This document shows, piece by piece, positions 31,822 to 39,754 of a stretch of DNA of 41,411 nt. The notes beneath the pieces were generated by a model. The model was not told the origin of the DNA. It worked only from the letters and a program-made list of their open reading frames with translations, and ran no database searches. Position numbers and translations under genes: made by a program. Every line of letters starts with the position of its first letter. Within the stretch, counting starts at the first letter, position 1. Origin of the DNA: a virus; IMG/VR virus record IMGVR_UViG_3300048907_000031, positions 1-41,411 of that record; one strand, given 5' to 3'.

Positions 31822-31995
31822 ATGAATGGTTACAAGACTTATCTCGTTTCGCTTATCCCGATTGTCTTTGGCGTGCTTCAGATGACGGATTGGAATGCTT
31901 TCTTGAATGATCCGAAAGCGGGCGTTGCCGCTCTTGGTTCTGGCCTGCTTATGGCCATCATGCGTAAGGTTACTACGCTAACTTCGGGCGTGTAA
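31822..31995 (+). CDS. Holin candidate, 57 aa, two TM segments (below the track cutoff)
   Basis: My own translation is MNGYKTYLVSLIPIVFGVLQMTDWNAFLNDPKAGVAALGSGLLMAIMRKVTTLTSGV. ATG 31822 follows AAGGAAA. The stop overlaps the next ATG (TAATG). Confidence 0.6.
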   Translation: MNGYKTYLVSLIPIVFGVLQMTDWNAFLNDPKAGVAALGSGLLMAIMRKVTTLTSGV

Positions 31996-32237
31996 TGGCG
32001 ACTATCTGGGCTGGCTTAATCTCTGGCCTAGTTAGCCTTCTCGGAACGATTGCTGCTATCTTCAGAGACAAGCAGCTAATTGATTCCGGGAAGGCTATTG
32101 CCATAGCTAAGCAGGATGCAAGCGAAATCAAGGAAGCAGAAGATGCGATTAAAGCACGCGATAACGCTTTGCGTTCTGTCAGCACCGCTAGCGGGCTGCT
32201 TAAGCACCTACAATCAGACCCCAATTGCCGTGATTAG
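31995..32237 (+). CDS. i-spanin (Rz-like), 80 aa
   Basis: It has an N-terminal TM segment (IWAGLISGLVSLLGTIAAIF) followed by a charged coiled region. It lies in the lysis cassette. Confidence 0.65.
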   Translation: MATIWAGLISGLVSLLGTIAAIFRDKQLIDSGKAIAIAKQDASEIKEAEDAIKARDNALRSVSTASGLLKHLQSDPNCRD

Positions 32238-32361
32238 CGCGGCGGCCTGTATTTCGCTGAGCGAGATTCAATATTCTCGCAAGGATACGGAACAAACCAT
32301 CCGTCAAATCGTTGGGGCTAATGCGGCCCTGGCCTCTTTGTGTGGGCATGGCGCGAAATGA
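32143..32361 (+). CDS. o-spanin (Rz1-like lipoprotein), 72 aa, overlapping the i-spanin in another frame
   Basis: MRLKHAITLCVLSAPLAGC gives a signal peptide with the lipobox LAGC. It starts inside the i-spanin gene and extends beyond it (the overlapped architecture). Confidence 0.6.
   Translation: MRLKHAITLCVLSAPLAGCLSTYNQTPIAVISAAACISLSEIQYSRKDTEQTIRQIVGANAALASLCGHGAK
32340..32348 (+). repeat. GTGTGGGCA motif copy 7
   Basis: Read in cTTTGTGTGGGCATGGc, 10 nt before the o-spanin stop and 9 nt before ATG 32358. Confidence 0.95.
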
Positions 32362-32645
32362 CTGCGGAATGGGCTATTGGAACCGCACTTTCCCTCATTG
32401 CTCTTATGGGTGTATTCATGGCTTATGCTGTCAATGCAACCAATGCAGTTAACTCGAAGGTTGCAGCAACCGCCAAAGAATTGCATGAACGTATTGACGG
32501 AATACATACGCAATTCGTTCGGCGTGATGACTTGAACGGCCATCTTGAGCGCATGGAAACCGTTGTAAGTGCTATGCAGTCCGAACAGCGGGAAACAAAT
32601 AAGCGCATAGATGCTGTGCTTATGGCGATAAGCAGCAAAGTTTAG
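32358..32645 (+). CDS. Membrane-anchored coiled-coil protein (95 aa), function unknown
   Basis: ATG 32358 overlaps the o-spanin stop (ATGA). It has an N-terminal TM segment, IGTALSLIALMGVFMAYAV. The track's GTG 32340 start is the motif itself. Confidence 0.6.
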   Translation: MTAEWAIGTALSLIALMGVFMAYAVNATNAVNSKVAATAKELHERIDGIHTQFVRRDDLNGHLERMETVVSAMQSEQRETNKRIDAVLMAISSKV

Positions 32646-32682
32646 ATTTGCGCTTCTACGCGCTCTCGCGTATCTTCGCCAA

Positions 32683-33072
32683 ATGTGGTCTAGCGAGCAA
32701 ACCGAAAAAGATAGATTTGCCTTTGAATGGCTCCGTGAACCGGACGCCTTCAAGGCTGCTTTGGCTATTACTGGCGAAGGTAACGCGGGCCGCGCGTTGC
32801 TGTTTGCGTCCGAATGGATCAAAGACCCTTACGTTATTAATAAGAAAAAAGAATTAATAGACGAACAGGGCGAAGAAAGCTTTCTTCCGGCTAAAGCCGA
32901 AATCGCACGCAAAATCCTAGCAGTTCACGATGAAACATTGGATAAAGAAACAAAGCTTAAGGCTTTGCGTCTCTATAGCGAAGTGCTGGGCTATATCACA
33001 AAGCCGGGGGAGGGCAAGGATAAGGGCGCAGGGTTTACGATGAATTTAACTGCTACGGATGTTGCGCTATGA
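32683..33072 (+). CDS. Terminase small subunit candidate, 129 aa
   Basis: It lies immediately upstream of, and is ATGA-coupled to, the large terminase. Its size and helical character fit. No diagnostic motif was seen. Confidence 0.55.
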   Translation: MWSSEQTEKDRFAFEWLREPDAFKAALAITGEGNAGRALLFASEWIKDPYVINKKKELIDEQGEESFLPAKAEIARKILAVHDETLDKETKLKALRLYSEVLGYITKPGEGKDKGAGFTMNLTATDVAL

Positions 33073-34409
33073 TGCATTTCACGCCGAAGCAGCTAGAAGC
33101 GCAGCAAGTTCTAACCGTCGATTCGGCTGTTTATTGCATGTTGTTCGGCGGCTCGCGTTCAGGCAAGACTTTCTTGCTTGTTCGCAATGTCATCATGCGC
33201 GCTATCAAAGCCCCCGGCTCACGTCATTGCATCCTGCGCTTTCGCTTTAACCATATCAAATCGGCTATTATCTTCGATACCTTTCCGAAGGTTATGCGTA
33301 TTTGCTTTCCCGATTTAGTTTACAAGTTAGACCGGGTTGATTGGTTTGCTAAGCTTCCGAATGGCTCCGAAATTTGGTTCGGCGGGTTGGACGATAAAGC
33401 CAGAACTGAAAAAATCCTCGGTAACGAGTATTCGACTATTTATCTTAACGAGTGTTCGCAAATCTCTTGGGGCGCTTACGGCATGGTCGTTACGCGCCTT
33501 GCCCAAAAGATTATGCAAAGCATTGACGGCAAAGAGCCTGTTGCACTCAAGCCTCGTATTTACTTCGATTGCAATCCGCCAAATAAGCTTCATTGGACAT
33601 ATTTAGTTTTCATTAAGAAAGTTGACCCGGAAACTAAACTTCCTTTGCAGAAGCCGGAAGCCTATGTTTCATGCAAGCTTAACCCGGCTGACAACGCCGA
33701 AAACTTAAGCGACAATTATCTTGAAACCTTGCAAGGTCTTTCGGCTAGATTGCGCCGACGCTTCCTAGATGGCGAATTTGCGGACGCTACGCCCAATGCT
33801 TTGTTTACGGACGAATTGATAGATAGCTGGCGCGTGATAGACGGCAAAATCCCGCCCTTCGTTCGGGTTGTTATTGCTGTCGATCCTTCCGGCGCAGACG
33901 ATACCGATAACGCCGACAATGACGCCATTGGCATCGTCGCGGCGGGGCTGGGCGTGGACGGGAACGCCTACGTGCTGGAAGACTTGACTGTGAAGGCAGG
34001 GCCAGCCACATGGGGCCGCGTGGCCACTACAGCCTATGACCGCCTCCGGGCGAATTGCATCGTCGGAGAGACGAACTACGGCGGCGCGATGGTGCGTCAG
34101 ACCATCCAGATTAGCCGCCCCCGAACGCCGTTTATTGAAGTTCACGCCTCACGCGGTAAGGCGGTGCGTGCGGAGCCGATTAGCGCCTTGTATGAAGAAG
34201 GCAAGGTCAGGCATGTTGGAAACTTCAATGAACTTGAAGAAGAATTAACGGCCTTCACGACTTCCGGCTATGTTGGGGCAAAGTCGCCGAATAGGGCCGA
34301 TGCGCTAGTGTGGGCAATTCACGCGCTGTTTCCTGGCCTCACGCAACCTACCAAGAAACCGAAGATTGAACCTGTTATACCTGTATTTAACCCGATGGGG
34401 CGCATGTAA
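33069..34409 (+). CDS. Terminase large subunit, 446 aa
   Basis: Walker A LFGGSRSGKTF. Walker B-like TIYLNECSQ. The nuclease-domain acidic motif is VIAVDPSGADD. Confidence 0.9.
   Translation: MMHFTPKQLEAQQVLTVDSAVYCMLFGGSRSGKTFLLVRNVIMRAIKAPGSRHCILRFRFNHIKSAIIFDTFPKVMRICFPDLVYKLDRVDWFAKLPNGSEIWFGGLDDKARTEKILGNEYSTIYLNECSQISWGAYGMVVTRLAQKIMQSIDGKEPVALKPRIYFDCNPPNKLHWTYLVFIKKVDPETKLPLQKPEAYVSCKLNPADNAENLSDNYLETLQGLSARLRRRFLDGEFADATPNALFTDELIDSWRVIDGKIPPFVRVVIAVDPSGADDTDNADNDAIGIVAAGLGVDGNAYVLEDLTVKAGPATWGRVATTAYDRLRANCIVGETNYGGAMVRQTIQISRPRTPFIEVHASRGKAVRAEPISALYEEGKVRHVGNFNELEEELTAFTTSGYVGAKSPNRADALVWAIHALFPGLTQPTKKPKIEPVIPVFNPMGRM
34308..34316 (+). repeat. GTGTGGGCA motif copy 8
   Basis: Read in ctaGTGTGGGCAat, in the terminase CDS, codons GTG TGG GCA (V-W-A). 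Confidence 0.95.
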
Positions 34410-36469
34410 TGGCTAAGCTGGATTCCGAAAAGATGAAGAAAATTCATAGCGAAGCTATTGCGGAATTTGGCCGCATTAACGGCGCGCTTCGTGACGAAAG
34501 GTTGCAATGCCTACAGGATAGGCGCTTTTACTCTATTGCTGGCGCGCAATGGGAAGGCCCGTTAGGCGAGCAATTCGAGAATAAACCGAAGTTTGAAGTT
34601 AATAAAATCCATTTGGCGGTTATTCGTATCATTAACGAATATCGCAATAACCGGATTAGCGTTAACTTTGTTCCGAAGGATGGAAGCGACAAACAAACGC
34701 TTTCCGATACGTGTAATGGGCTTTATCGGGCCGACGAACAGGATTCGACGGCAGAGGAAGCTTATGACAATGCTTTCGAGGAAGCAGTAGGCGGCGGCTT
34801 CGGCGCTTGGCGTCTTCGCGCTGAATACGAAGACGACGAAAGTGAAGACGATAAGCAGCGCATTAAGATTGAACCGATCTTTGACGCGGATTCAACCGTA
34901 TTCTTTGACCTTGACGCCAAGCGCCAAGATAAGGCGGATGCAAAGCGTTGTTATGTGCTTACGGCTATGTCGCATGAAGCTTACGAGGAAGAATATGACG
35001 ATAACCCCGCTTCATGGGGTAAGCTTATTCACCAAAGCCAGTTTGATTGGCTAACGCCTGACGTGGTTTATATTGCCGAATATTACGTTATCGAGAAAAC
35101 GACCGAAAAGTTCCTTTTCTTCAAAGGCCTTACTGGCGACGAAAAGAAAGTTAGCGAAGAAGAATACAGTGAAGACACTGAAATGCGCAAGGAACTTAAG
35201 GCAACTGGCTACAAGAAAACCCGCGAGAAAGACATTAAATCGCAGAAAGTTCATAAGTATATTATGAATGGACGCGGCATTATTGAAGATTGCGGCTATA
35301 TTGCGGGCAAGAATATTCCAATTGTTCCGATGTATGGTAAACGCTGGTTTATCGACAATGTAGAGCGTTGTATGGGGCATGTTCGCTTGGCGAAGGATGC
35401 GCAGCGGCTTAAGAATATGCAGCTTTCCAAGCTGGGCGAAATCTCTGCGCTTTCGACGGTTGAAAAGCCTATCTTCAGCCCCGAACAGATGCAAGGCCAC
35501 GCTCTTATGTGGAGCGAAGATAACGTCAAGAATTATCCTTACATGCTTCTTAACTCTATAACCGATGCGAATGGGCAACCTGTACAAAACGGGCCGATTG
35601 GTTATACGAAGGTAGCGACTATTCCGCCCGCAATGGCGGCTTTGCTTCAGATCACCGAGCAAGATATTCAGGATGTACTAGGTAATCAGGAAGCGGGCGA
35701 AGAAATCCAGTCTAATGTAAGCGGCATTGCTATGGAACTTGTGCAAAACAAGCTTGATATGCAGACGTTTATTTATATCTCGAATATGGCCAAGGCGGTT
35801 AAGCGCAGCGGTGAAATCTGGCTTTCAATGGCAAAAGAATTGTTCATTGAAGAAGGCCGCAAGATGAAAACGATTAACGACGCGGGCGAAGTTTCCAATA
35901 CGATTATTGGGCAGAAAGTCGCGAATGATAACGGCGTAGTTGAGACACAAAACGACTTGACAGAGGCCAATTTTGACGTGACCGCCACGCCTGGGCCAAC
36001 AAGCGCCAGCAAACGTGCTGCCACGGTGCGCAGCCTCACCGGCATGATGCAGCTTGCGCAGATGGACCCGCAAACCATGCAAGTGCTGATTGCCATGTCC
36101 ATGCTCAACATGGAAGGCGAGGGTATTCAGGATATTCGCGATTACTTCCGTAAGAAACTTCTACAAATGGGTGTTGTCGCTCCGACTAAGGAAGAAGCGG
36201 CGGAACTTCAGCAGGCCGCAGCCAATCAGCAGCCGGACCCGCAAAGCCAATTCTTGCTTGCTTCGGCAGAACAAGCCAAGGCTGACGCGCTGCTTAAGCA
36301 GGCTAATACGGTCCTTGCTTCGGCCAAGGCGGAACTTACCCACGCACAAGCCGCAGCGGAAATTGCGGGCATTAAGACGGACAAGATTGACCAAACGCTT
36401 AGAGTTATCCAGGCAATGGAGAATAGCGCGGCGCAACCGCAACAAATTCCTGCGCAGACTGCGCAATAA
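34409..36469 (+). CDS. Portal protein, P22 gp1 family, 686 aa
   Basis: Recalled matches to P22 gp1: GAWRLRAEYED vs GAWRLVTDYED; NIPIVPMYG vs HIPIVPVFG; VRLAKDAQRLKNM vs VRLTKDGQRLRNM; NYPYMLLN vs DYPYYLLN; IRDYFRKKLLQMGV vs MRDYANKQLIQMGV. Confidence 0.92.
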   Translation: MAKLDSEKMKKIHSEAIAEFGRINGALRDERLQCLQDRRFYSIAGAQWEGPLGEQFENKPKFEVNKIHLAVIRIINEYRNNRISVNFVPKDGSDKQTLSDTCNGLYRADEQDSTAEEAYDNAFEEAVGGGFGAWRLRAEYEDDESEDDKQRIKIEPIFDADSTVFFDLDAKRQDKADAKRCYVLTAMSHEAYEEEYDDNPASWGKLIHQSQFDWLTPDVVYIAEYYVIEKTTEKFLFFKGLTGDEKKVSEEEYSEDTEMRKELKATGYKKTREKDIKSQKVHKYIMNGRGIIEDCGYIAGKNIPIVPMYGKRWFIDNVERCMGHVRLAKDAQRLKNMQLSKLGEISALSTVEKPIFSPEQMQGHALMWSEDNVKNYPYMLLNSITDANGQPVQNGPIGYTKVATIPPAMAALLQITEQDIQDVLGNQEAGEEIQSNVSGIAMELVQNKLDMQTFIYISNMAKAVKRSGEIWLSMAKELFIEEGRKMKTINDAGEVSNTIIGQKVANDNGVVETQNDLTEANFDVTATPGPTSASKRAATVRSLTGMMQLAQMDPQTMQVLIAMSMLNMEGEGIQDIRDYFRKKLLQMGVVAPTKEEAAELQQAAANQQPDPQSQFLLASAEQAKADALLKQANTVLASAKAELTHAQAAAEIAGIKTDKIDQTLRVIQAMENSAAQPQQIPAQTAQ

Positions 36470-36501
36470 CTCTTGCGAAACGTCACCGTTAAATCTAGGT
36501 T

Positions 36502-36510
36502 GTGTGGGCA
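36502..36510 (+). repeat. GTGTGGGCA motif copy 9 (intergenic, portal-scaffold)
   Basis: Read in gGTTGTGTGGGCATGGt. It shares the 14-nt stretch TTGTGTGGGCATGG with the copy at 32340 and is flanked by ctagg...cctag. Confidence 0.95.
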
Positions 36511-36560
36511 TGGTTTCCGCCTAGCCGTCAAATTAGGTGAGTAGCTTTAAAGGTCTTTAA

Positions 36561-37415
36561 ATGAATATTCAGGCAGAAAACGAAATCGAAGGTAAAACCG
36601 AAACTGAAGCGCCTGTTGTTATTGAGGCTGAAGTTAAAGAAAATACTTCTACCGAAGTTAATGACGAAGCAGAAGACGAAGTTATAGTTTCGATTGGGGA
36701 CGCTGCGCCGCCGTCCGACGATGAAGACATTTCCAAGGCCCCGGAATGGGTGCGAGAAGTTCGCAATACCAATCGGGAACTTGTCAAGCGTAACAAAGAA
36801 CTTCAGGAACAGCTTAATCAGGTTGCTCCTAATGCTCAGGTTCCGGAGGTTGGCGCGAAGCCTACCCTTGAATCATGCGATTATGACGCGGACAAATTTG
36901 AGGCCGAACTTTTTAGCTGGCAGGAGCGCAAGACCCTTGTTGCTCAGGCCGAACAGGCTAGGCAGGCTGAAGCCGAGAAAGCGAACGCGGAATGGCGCAA
37001 GCAGCAAGAAGTGTACGATAATCGCAAAGTGGAACTGAAGGTTAAGGATTTTTCCGACGCCGAAGACATTGTTAAAGATACAATGTCAGTAGTTCAACAA
37101 GGGATTATCGTTATGGGTGCGGAAAACTCCGCACTTGTCGTTTACGCGCTTGGCAAGAACCCGGCGAGGGCTAAAGAACTGGCTTCGATTAAAGACCCTG
37201 TAAAGTTTGCTTTCGCTGTTGCGAAGCTTGAAGGACAACTCAAAGTGAGCAACAAGAAAGCGCCCCCGCCCGAAAGAACCGTTCGCTCTGGTAGCGGCGC
37301 TGTTTCCGGTGCGGTTGATTCGCAACTTGAACGGCTGAGAGAAGAAGCGGCGAAGACTGGCAACTATTCAAAAGTGGTTGCCTACAAGAAGCAGCTTCGA
37401 GAGAAAGCCCATTAA
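36561..37415 (+). CDS. Scaffolding protein, 284 aa
   Basis: It lies between the portal and coat genes. It has an acidic N-terminus and long E/K/A/Q helical regions. Confidence 0.75.
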   Translation: MNIQAENEIEGKTETEAPVVIEAEVKENTSTEVNDEAEDEVIVSIGDAAPPSDDEDISKAPEWVREVRNTNRELVKRNKELQEQLNQVAPNAQVPEVGAKPTLESCDYDADKFEAELFSWQERKTLVAQAEQARQAEAEKANAEWRKQQEVYDNRKVELKVKDFSDAEDIVKDTMSVVQQGIIVMGAENSALVVYALGKNPARAKELASIKDPVKFAFAVAKLEGQLKVSNKKAPPPERTVRSGSGAVSGAVDSQLERLREEAAKTGNYSKVVAYKKQLREKAH

Positions 37416-37432
37416 TCTCTTAAAGGTGAAAC

Positions 37433-38701
37433 ATGGCTAACGTTTTTAACAAAGAAGAAAGAGTTGCCTTCGAGAACATTCTTGAAGGCTTTCAGGATGC
37501 GCTTATCCTTTCCAAAGCTGTTTCGGTTTATAATTCCGATTCGCAGGAAATGGAACGCGCGCTGAATACGATTTGGCGTCCGCAGCCCTACATTTCCATT
37601 TCCTATTCGGGAACGGATATGACTTCTAACTTCACGGATTATACGCAGCTTTCCGTGCCTGCTACCCTCGGCTTCAGCCGTTCGGTTCCTTGGGTGCTGA
37701 CCGCTACGGAACTTCGTGACGCGCTTCAGGAACAGCGCCTTGGTCAGGCCGCGAAGCAGAAGCTTGCTTCTGACATTAACGTGGCTGTTTCTAATCTGGC
37801 CGCTACCTCCGGTTCACTGGTCGTCAAGCGCACTGTAGCAGCTACCGGCTTTGATGACGTGGCGCAGGCCGAAGCCATCATGAACGAACAGGGCGTCCAG
37901 TTTGACAACCGCTTCATGGCGCTGAATACCCGTGACTACAACGGCATGGCCAGCAACCTTGCCGCGCGTGGCACGATGACGGGCAAGCCGGTGACGGCGT
38001 ATGAGCGCGCCTACGTTGGGCAGGTTGCTTCGTTTGACACCGTGAAGCTTGATTATGGCTACCGTTTGACGGCGGCGGCTGGCGTCACCGTCGCCATGAA
38101 CGGCGCAAGCCAGTATTACACGCCGAAGGCTTATTCTACGGCGACCACTGGCGAAGTTCAGAACGTTGACAACCGCTACCAGGTTATCACTATTTCTGTA
38201 ACTTCGGGTACGGTTAAGGTGGGTGATTGCTTCACGATTGCGGGCGTGAATGCGGTTCACCACATTACCAAGAATGATACCGGCCAGCTTAAGACCTTCC
38301 GCATTACCGCCATTGTGACGGGTGCGGGTGGTTCAGGTACGGTCCAGATTTCGCCCCCGATTATCTCGAATGGCGGTTCGACTTCGGCTGAAGCTGAATA
38401 CCAGAACGTGACTGCTACCCCGGCCAGCAATGCGCCGATTACCTTCCTGAATACGGTTGCTGCTACCGTCAACCCGTTCTGGCAGAAAGACGCGCTTGAA
38501 ATCCTTCCGGGCCGCTATGCGGTTCCTGAGGATGCGGGTACGGCTGTTATGCGCGCTTCGACTGACCAGGGCATTGAACTGGTTATGCAGAAGTTCTACG
38601 ATATTAACACCATGAAGACTAAGTATCGTCTTGATACGCTTTATGGCGTTGTGAACAAGCAGCCTGAAATGTCCGGTATTATGCTGTTCAATCAGACCTA
38701 A
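37433..38701 (+). CDS. Major capsid protein, P22 gp5-type coat, 422 aa
   Basis: NTIWRP matches P22 NTIWMP. VDNRYQVITISVTSGTVKVGDCFTIAGV matches [27 protein letters not shown] (recalled). Size and position fit. Confidence 0.9.
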   Translation: MANVFNKEERVAFENILEGFQDALILSKAVSVYNSDSQEMERALNTIWRPQPYISISYSGTDMTSNFTDYTQLSVPATLGFSRSVPWVLTATELRDALQEQRLGQAAKQKLASDINVAVSNLAATSGSLVVKRTVAATGFDDVAQAEAIMNEQGVQFDNRFMALNTRDYNGMASNLAARGTMTGKPVTAYERAYVGQVASFDTVKLDYGYRLTAAAGVTVAMNGASQYYTPKAYSTATTGEVQNVDNRYQVITISVTSGTVKVGDCFTIAGVNAVHHITKNDTGQLKTFRITAIVTGAGGSGTVQISPPIISNGGSTSAEAEYQNVTATPASNAPITFLNTVAATVNPFWQKDALEILPGRYAVPEDAGTAVMRASTDQGIELVMQKFYDINTMKTKYRLDTLYGVVNKQPEMSGIMLFNQT

Positions 38702-38714
38702 GTTAACTAATACC

Positions 38715-38745
38715 TTGGGGGCTAACTGCCCCCAATCATTAGTTT
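38715..38745 (+). terminator. Hairpin / partial terminator after the coat gene
   Basis: ttgggggc taact gcccccaa forms a perfect 8-bp stem, followed by tcattagttt (a weak T tract). Confidence 0.5.
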
Positions 38746-38760
38746 ACGGAGGCTGGTTTA

Positions 38761-38979
38761 ATGGACGAATATCCCAAGATGCTGTTCAAGGCTGGCGGTT
38801 CGCTTGAACTTGCCGAAGGTAAGTTTTCCTTTATCATCGTCAATTCTTCGGAAGAAGAAGACGCCGCTGAAGGTTGGGAAGCTACGCTTGCTGGCGCGCT
38901 CGAACTGGCCAATCCGCAGGCCAATTTGAAATGGGAAGCCCCGTCCAAGGCGAAGAAATCCGCCCCGCCTGTCATCTAA
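38761..38979 (+). CDS. Hypothetical head-module protein (72 aa)
   Basis: ATG 38761 follows GGAGG. It starts with the YPKMLFK-type N-terminus seen in many small phage proteins near capsid genes (recalled). Confidence 0.65.
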   Translation: MDEYPKMLFKAGGSLELAEGKFSFIIVNSSEEEDAAEGWEATLAGALELANPQANLKWEAPSKAKKSAPPVI

Positions 38980-38985
38980 CTAGGA

Positions 38986-38994
38986 GTGTGGGCA
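38986..38994 (+). repeat. GTGTGGGCA motif copy 10 (between SD and start codon)
   Basis: Read in ctAGGAGTGTGGGCAtATG. The motif begins at the last G of the AGGAG SD and ends 1 nt before ATG 38996. Confidence 0.95.
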
Positions 38995-38995
38995 T

Positions 38996-39259
38996 ATGAC
39001 CGATGCGCATGAACGCTTTAACGCCGCTGCGGCGGCCCTGGCTCCGGCCTTGGCTGAAATCCTGAGCAAAACCAAGGTTGATGATGTTGCAACCATGAAG
39101 GCACAGAACGAAGCCTTGGTTGCGCAGAACGCGGATTTCCAGGCGAAGCTTACCAATCTTCAATCCGAATATGATACTACGCTCAATTCGGTTGCTGATT
39201 GGGCCGAAAACTTGCTTTCTCAGGTTCAGGCGGTCCTTAATCCTCCTGCCGGGGCTTAA
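38996..39259 (+). CDS. Hypothetical coiled-coil head/neck protein (87 aa)
   Basis: Track ORF with an AGGAG SD. Confidence 0.65.
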   Translation: MTDAHERFNAAAAALAPALAEILSKTKVDDVATMKAQNEALVAQNADFQAKLTNLQSEYDTTLNSVADWAENLLSQVQAVLNPPAGA

Positions 39260-39261
39260 TC

Positions 39262-39744
39262 ATGGCCTTTACGAAGCGCGACTTTGTGTTAGCCGCATTT
39301 GAAGAAATCGGATATGCTTCATATATTTATGATGCAATGCCCGAACAGCTTGAAAGCGTGCTTCGTTCGCTTGACATGATGATGGCGACTTGGAACGGGA
39401 AGGGCATACGGGTTGGCTACCCGTTGCCTTCCTCGCCTTCAGGCAGCAACCTTGATACGGTTACGGACGTTTCGGACGCTTTAGCTGAAACGATCTATAA
39501 AAACCTTGCTATTCGCATTGCTCCGCGCTTCGGTAAAACGATTCCGCAGGAAACTAAGCAAGCCGCGAAAGAAGGTTATGACGCATTGCTAATTAAGATT
39601 GCAATGCCAATCGAACAGAATTTCCCCACAAGGCTACCGGCTGGCGCTGGCAACAAGCCTTGGCGCAGGACACAAACCCCCTTCATTGTTCCGCCTGACG
39701 AACCGTTAGACGCTGGCAATGATGACGTTTTAACCTTTGAATAG
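39262..39744 (+). CDS. Head-to-tail adaptor / tail accessory factor, P22 gp4-like, 160 aa
   Basis: Size is 160 aa against 166 aa for P22 gp4. The pattern RDFVLAAFEEIG...PEQLESVLRSLDMMMATWNGKGIRVGY parallels P22 gp4 GDLVRAALRKLG...[24 protein letters not shown] (recalled). Confidence 0.75.
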   Translation: MAFTKRDFVLAAFEEIGYASYIYDAMPEQLESVLRSLDMMMATWNGKGIRVGYPLPSSPSGSNLDTVTDVSDALAETIYKNLAIRIAPRFGKTIPQETKQAAKEGYDALLIKIAMPIEQNFPTRLPAGAGNKPWRRTQTPFIVPPDEPLDAGNDDVLTFE

Positions 39745-39754
39745 GGCGGGTAGC

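Noticed and set aside
31710-31910. A 66-aa + strand track ORF overlapping the endolysin 3' end.
   Set aside because: It is an alternative frame. The 57-aa two-TM holin ORF (31822..31995), with an SD and TAATG coupling, explains the region better.
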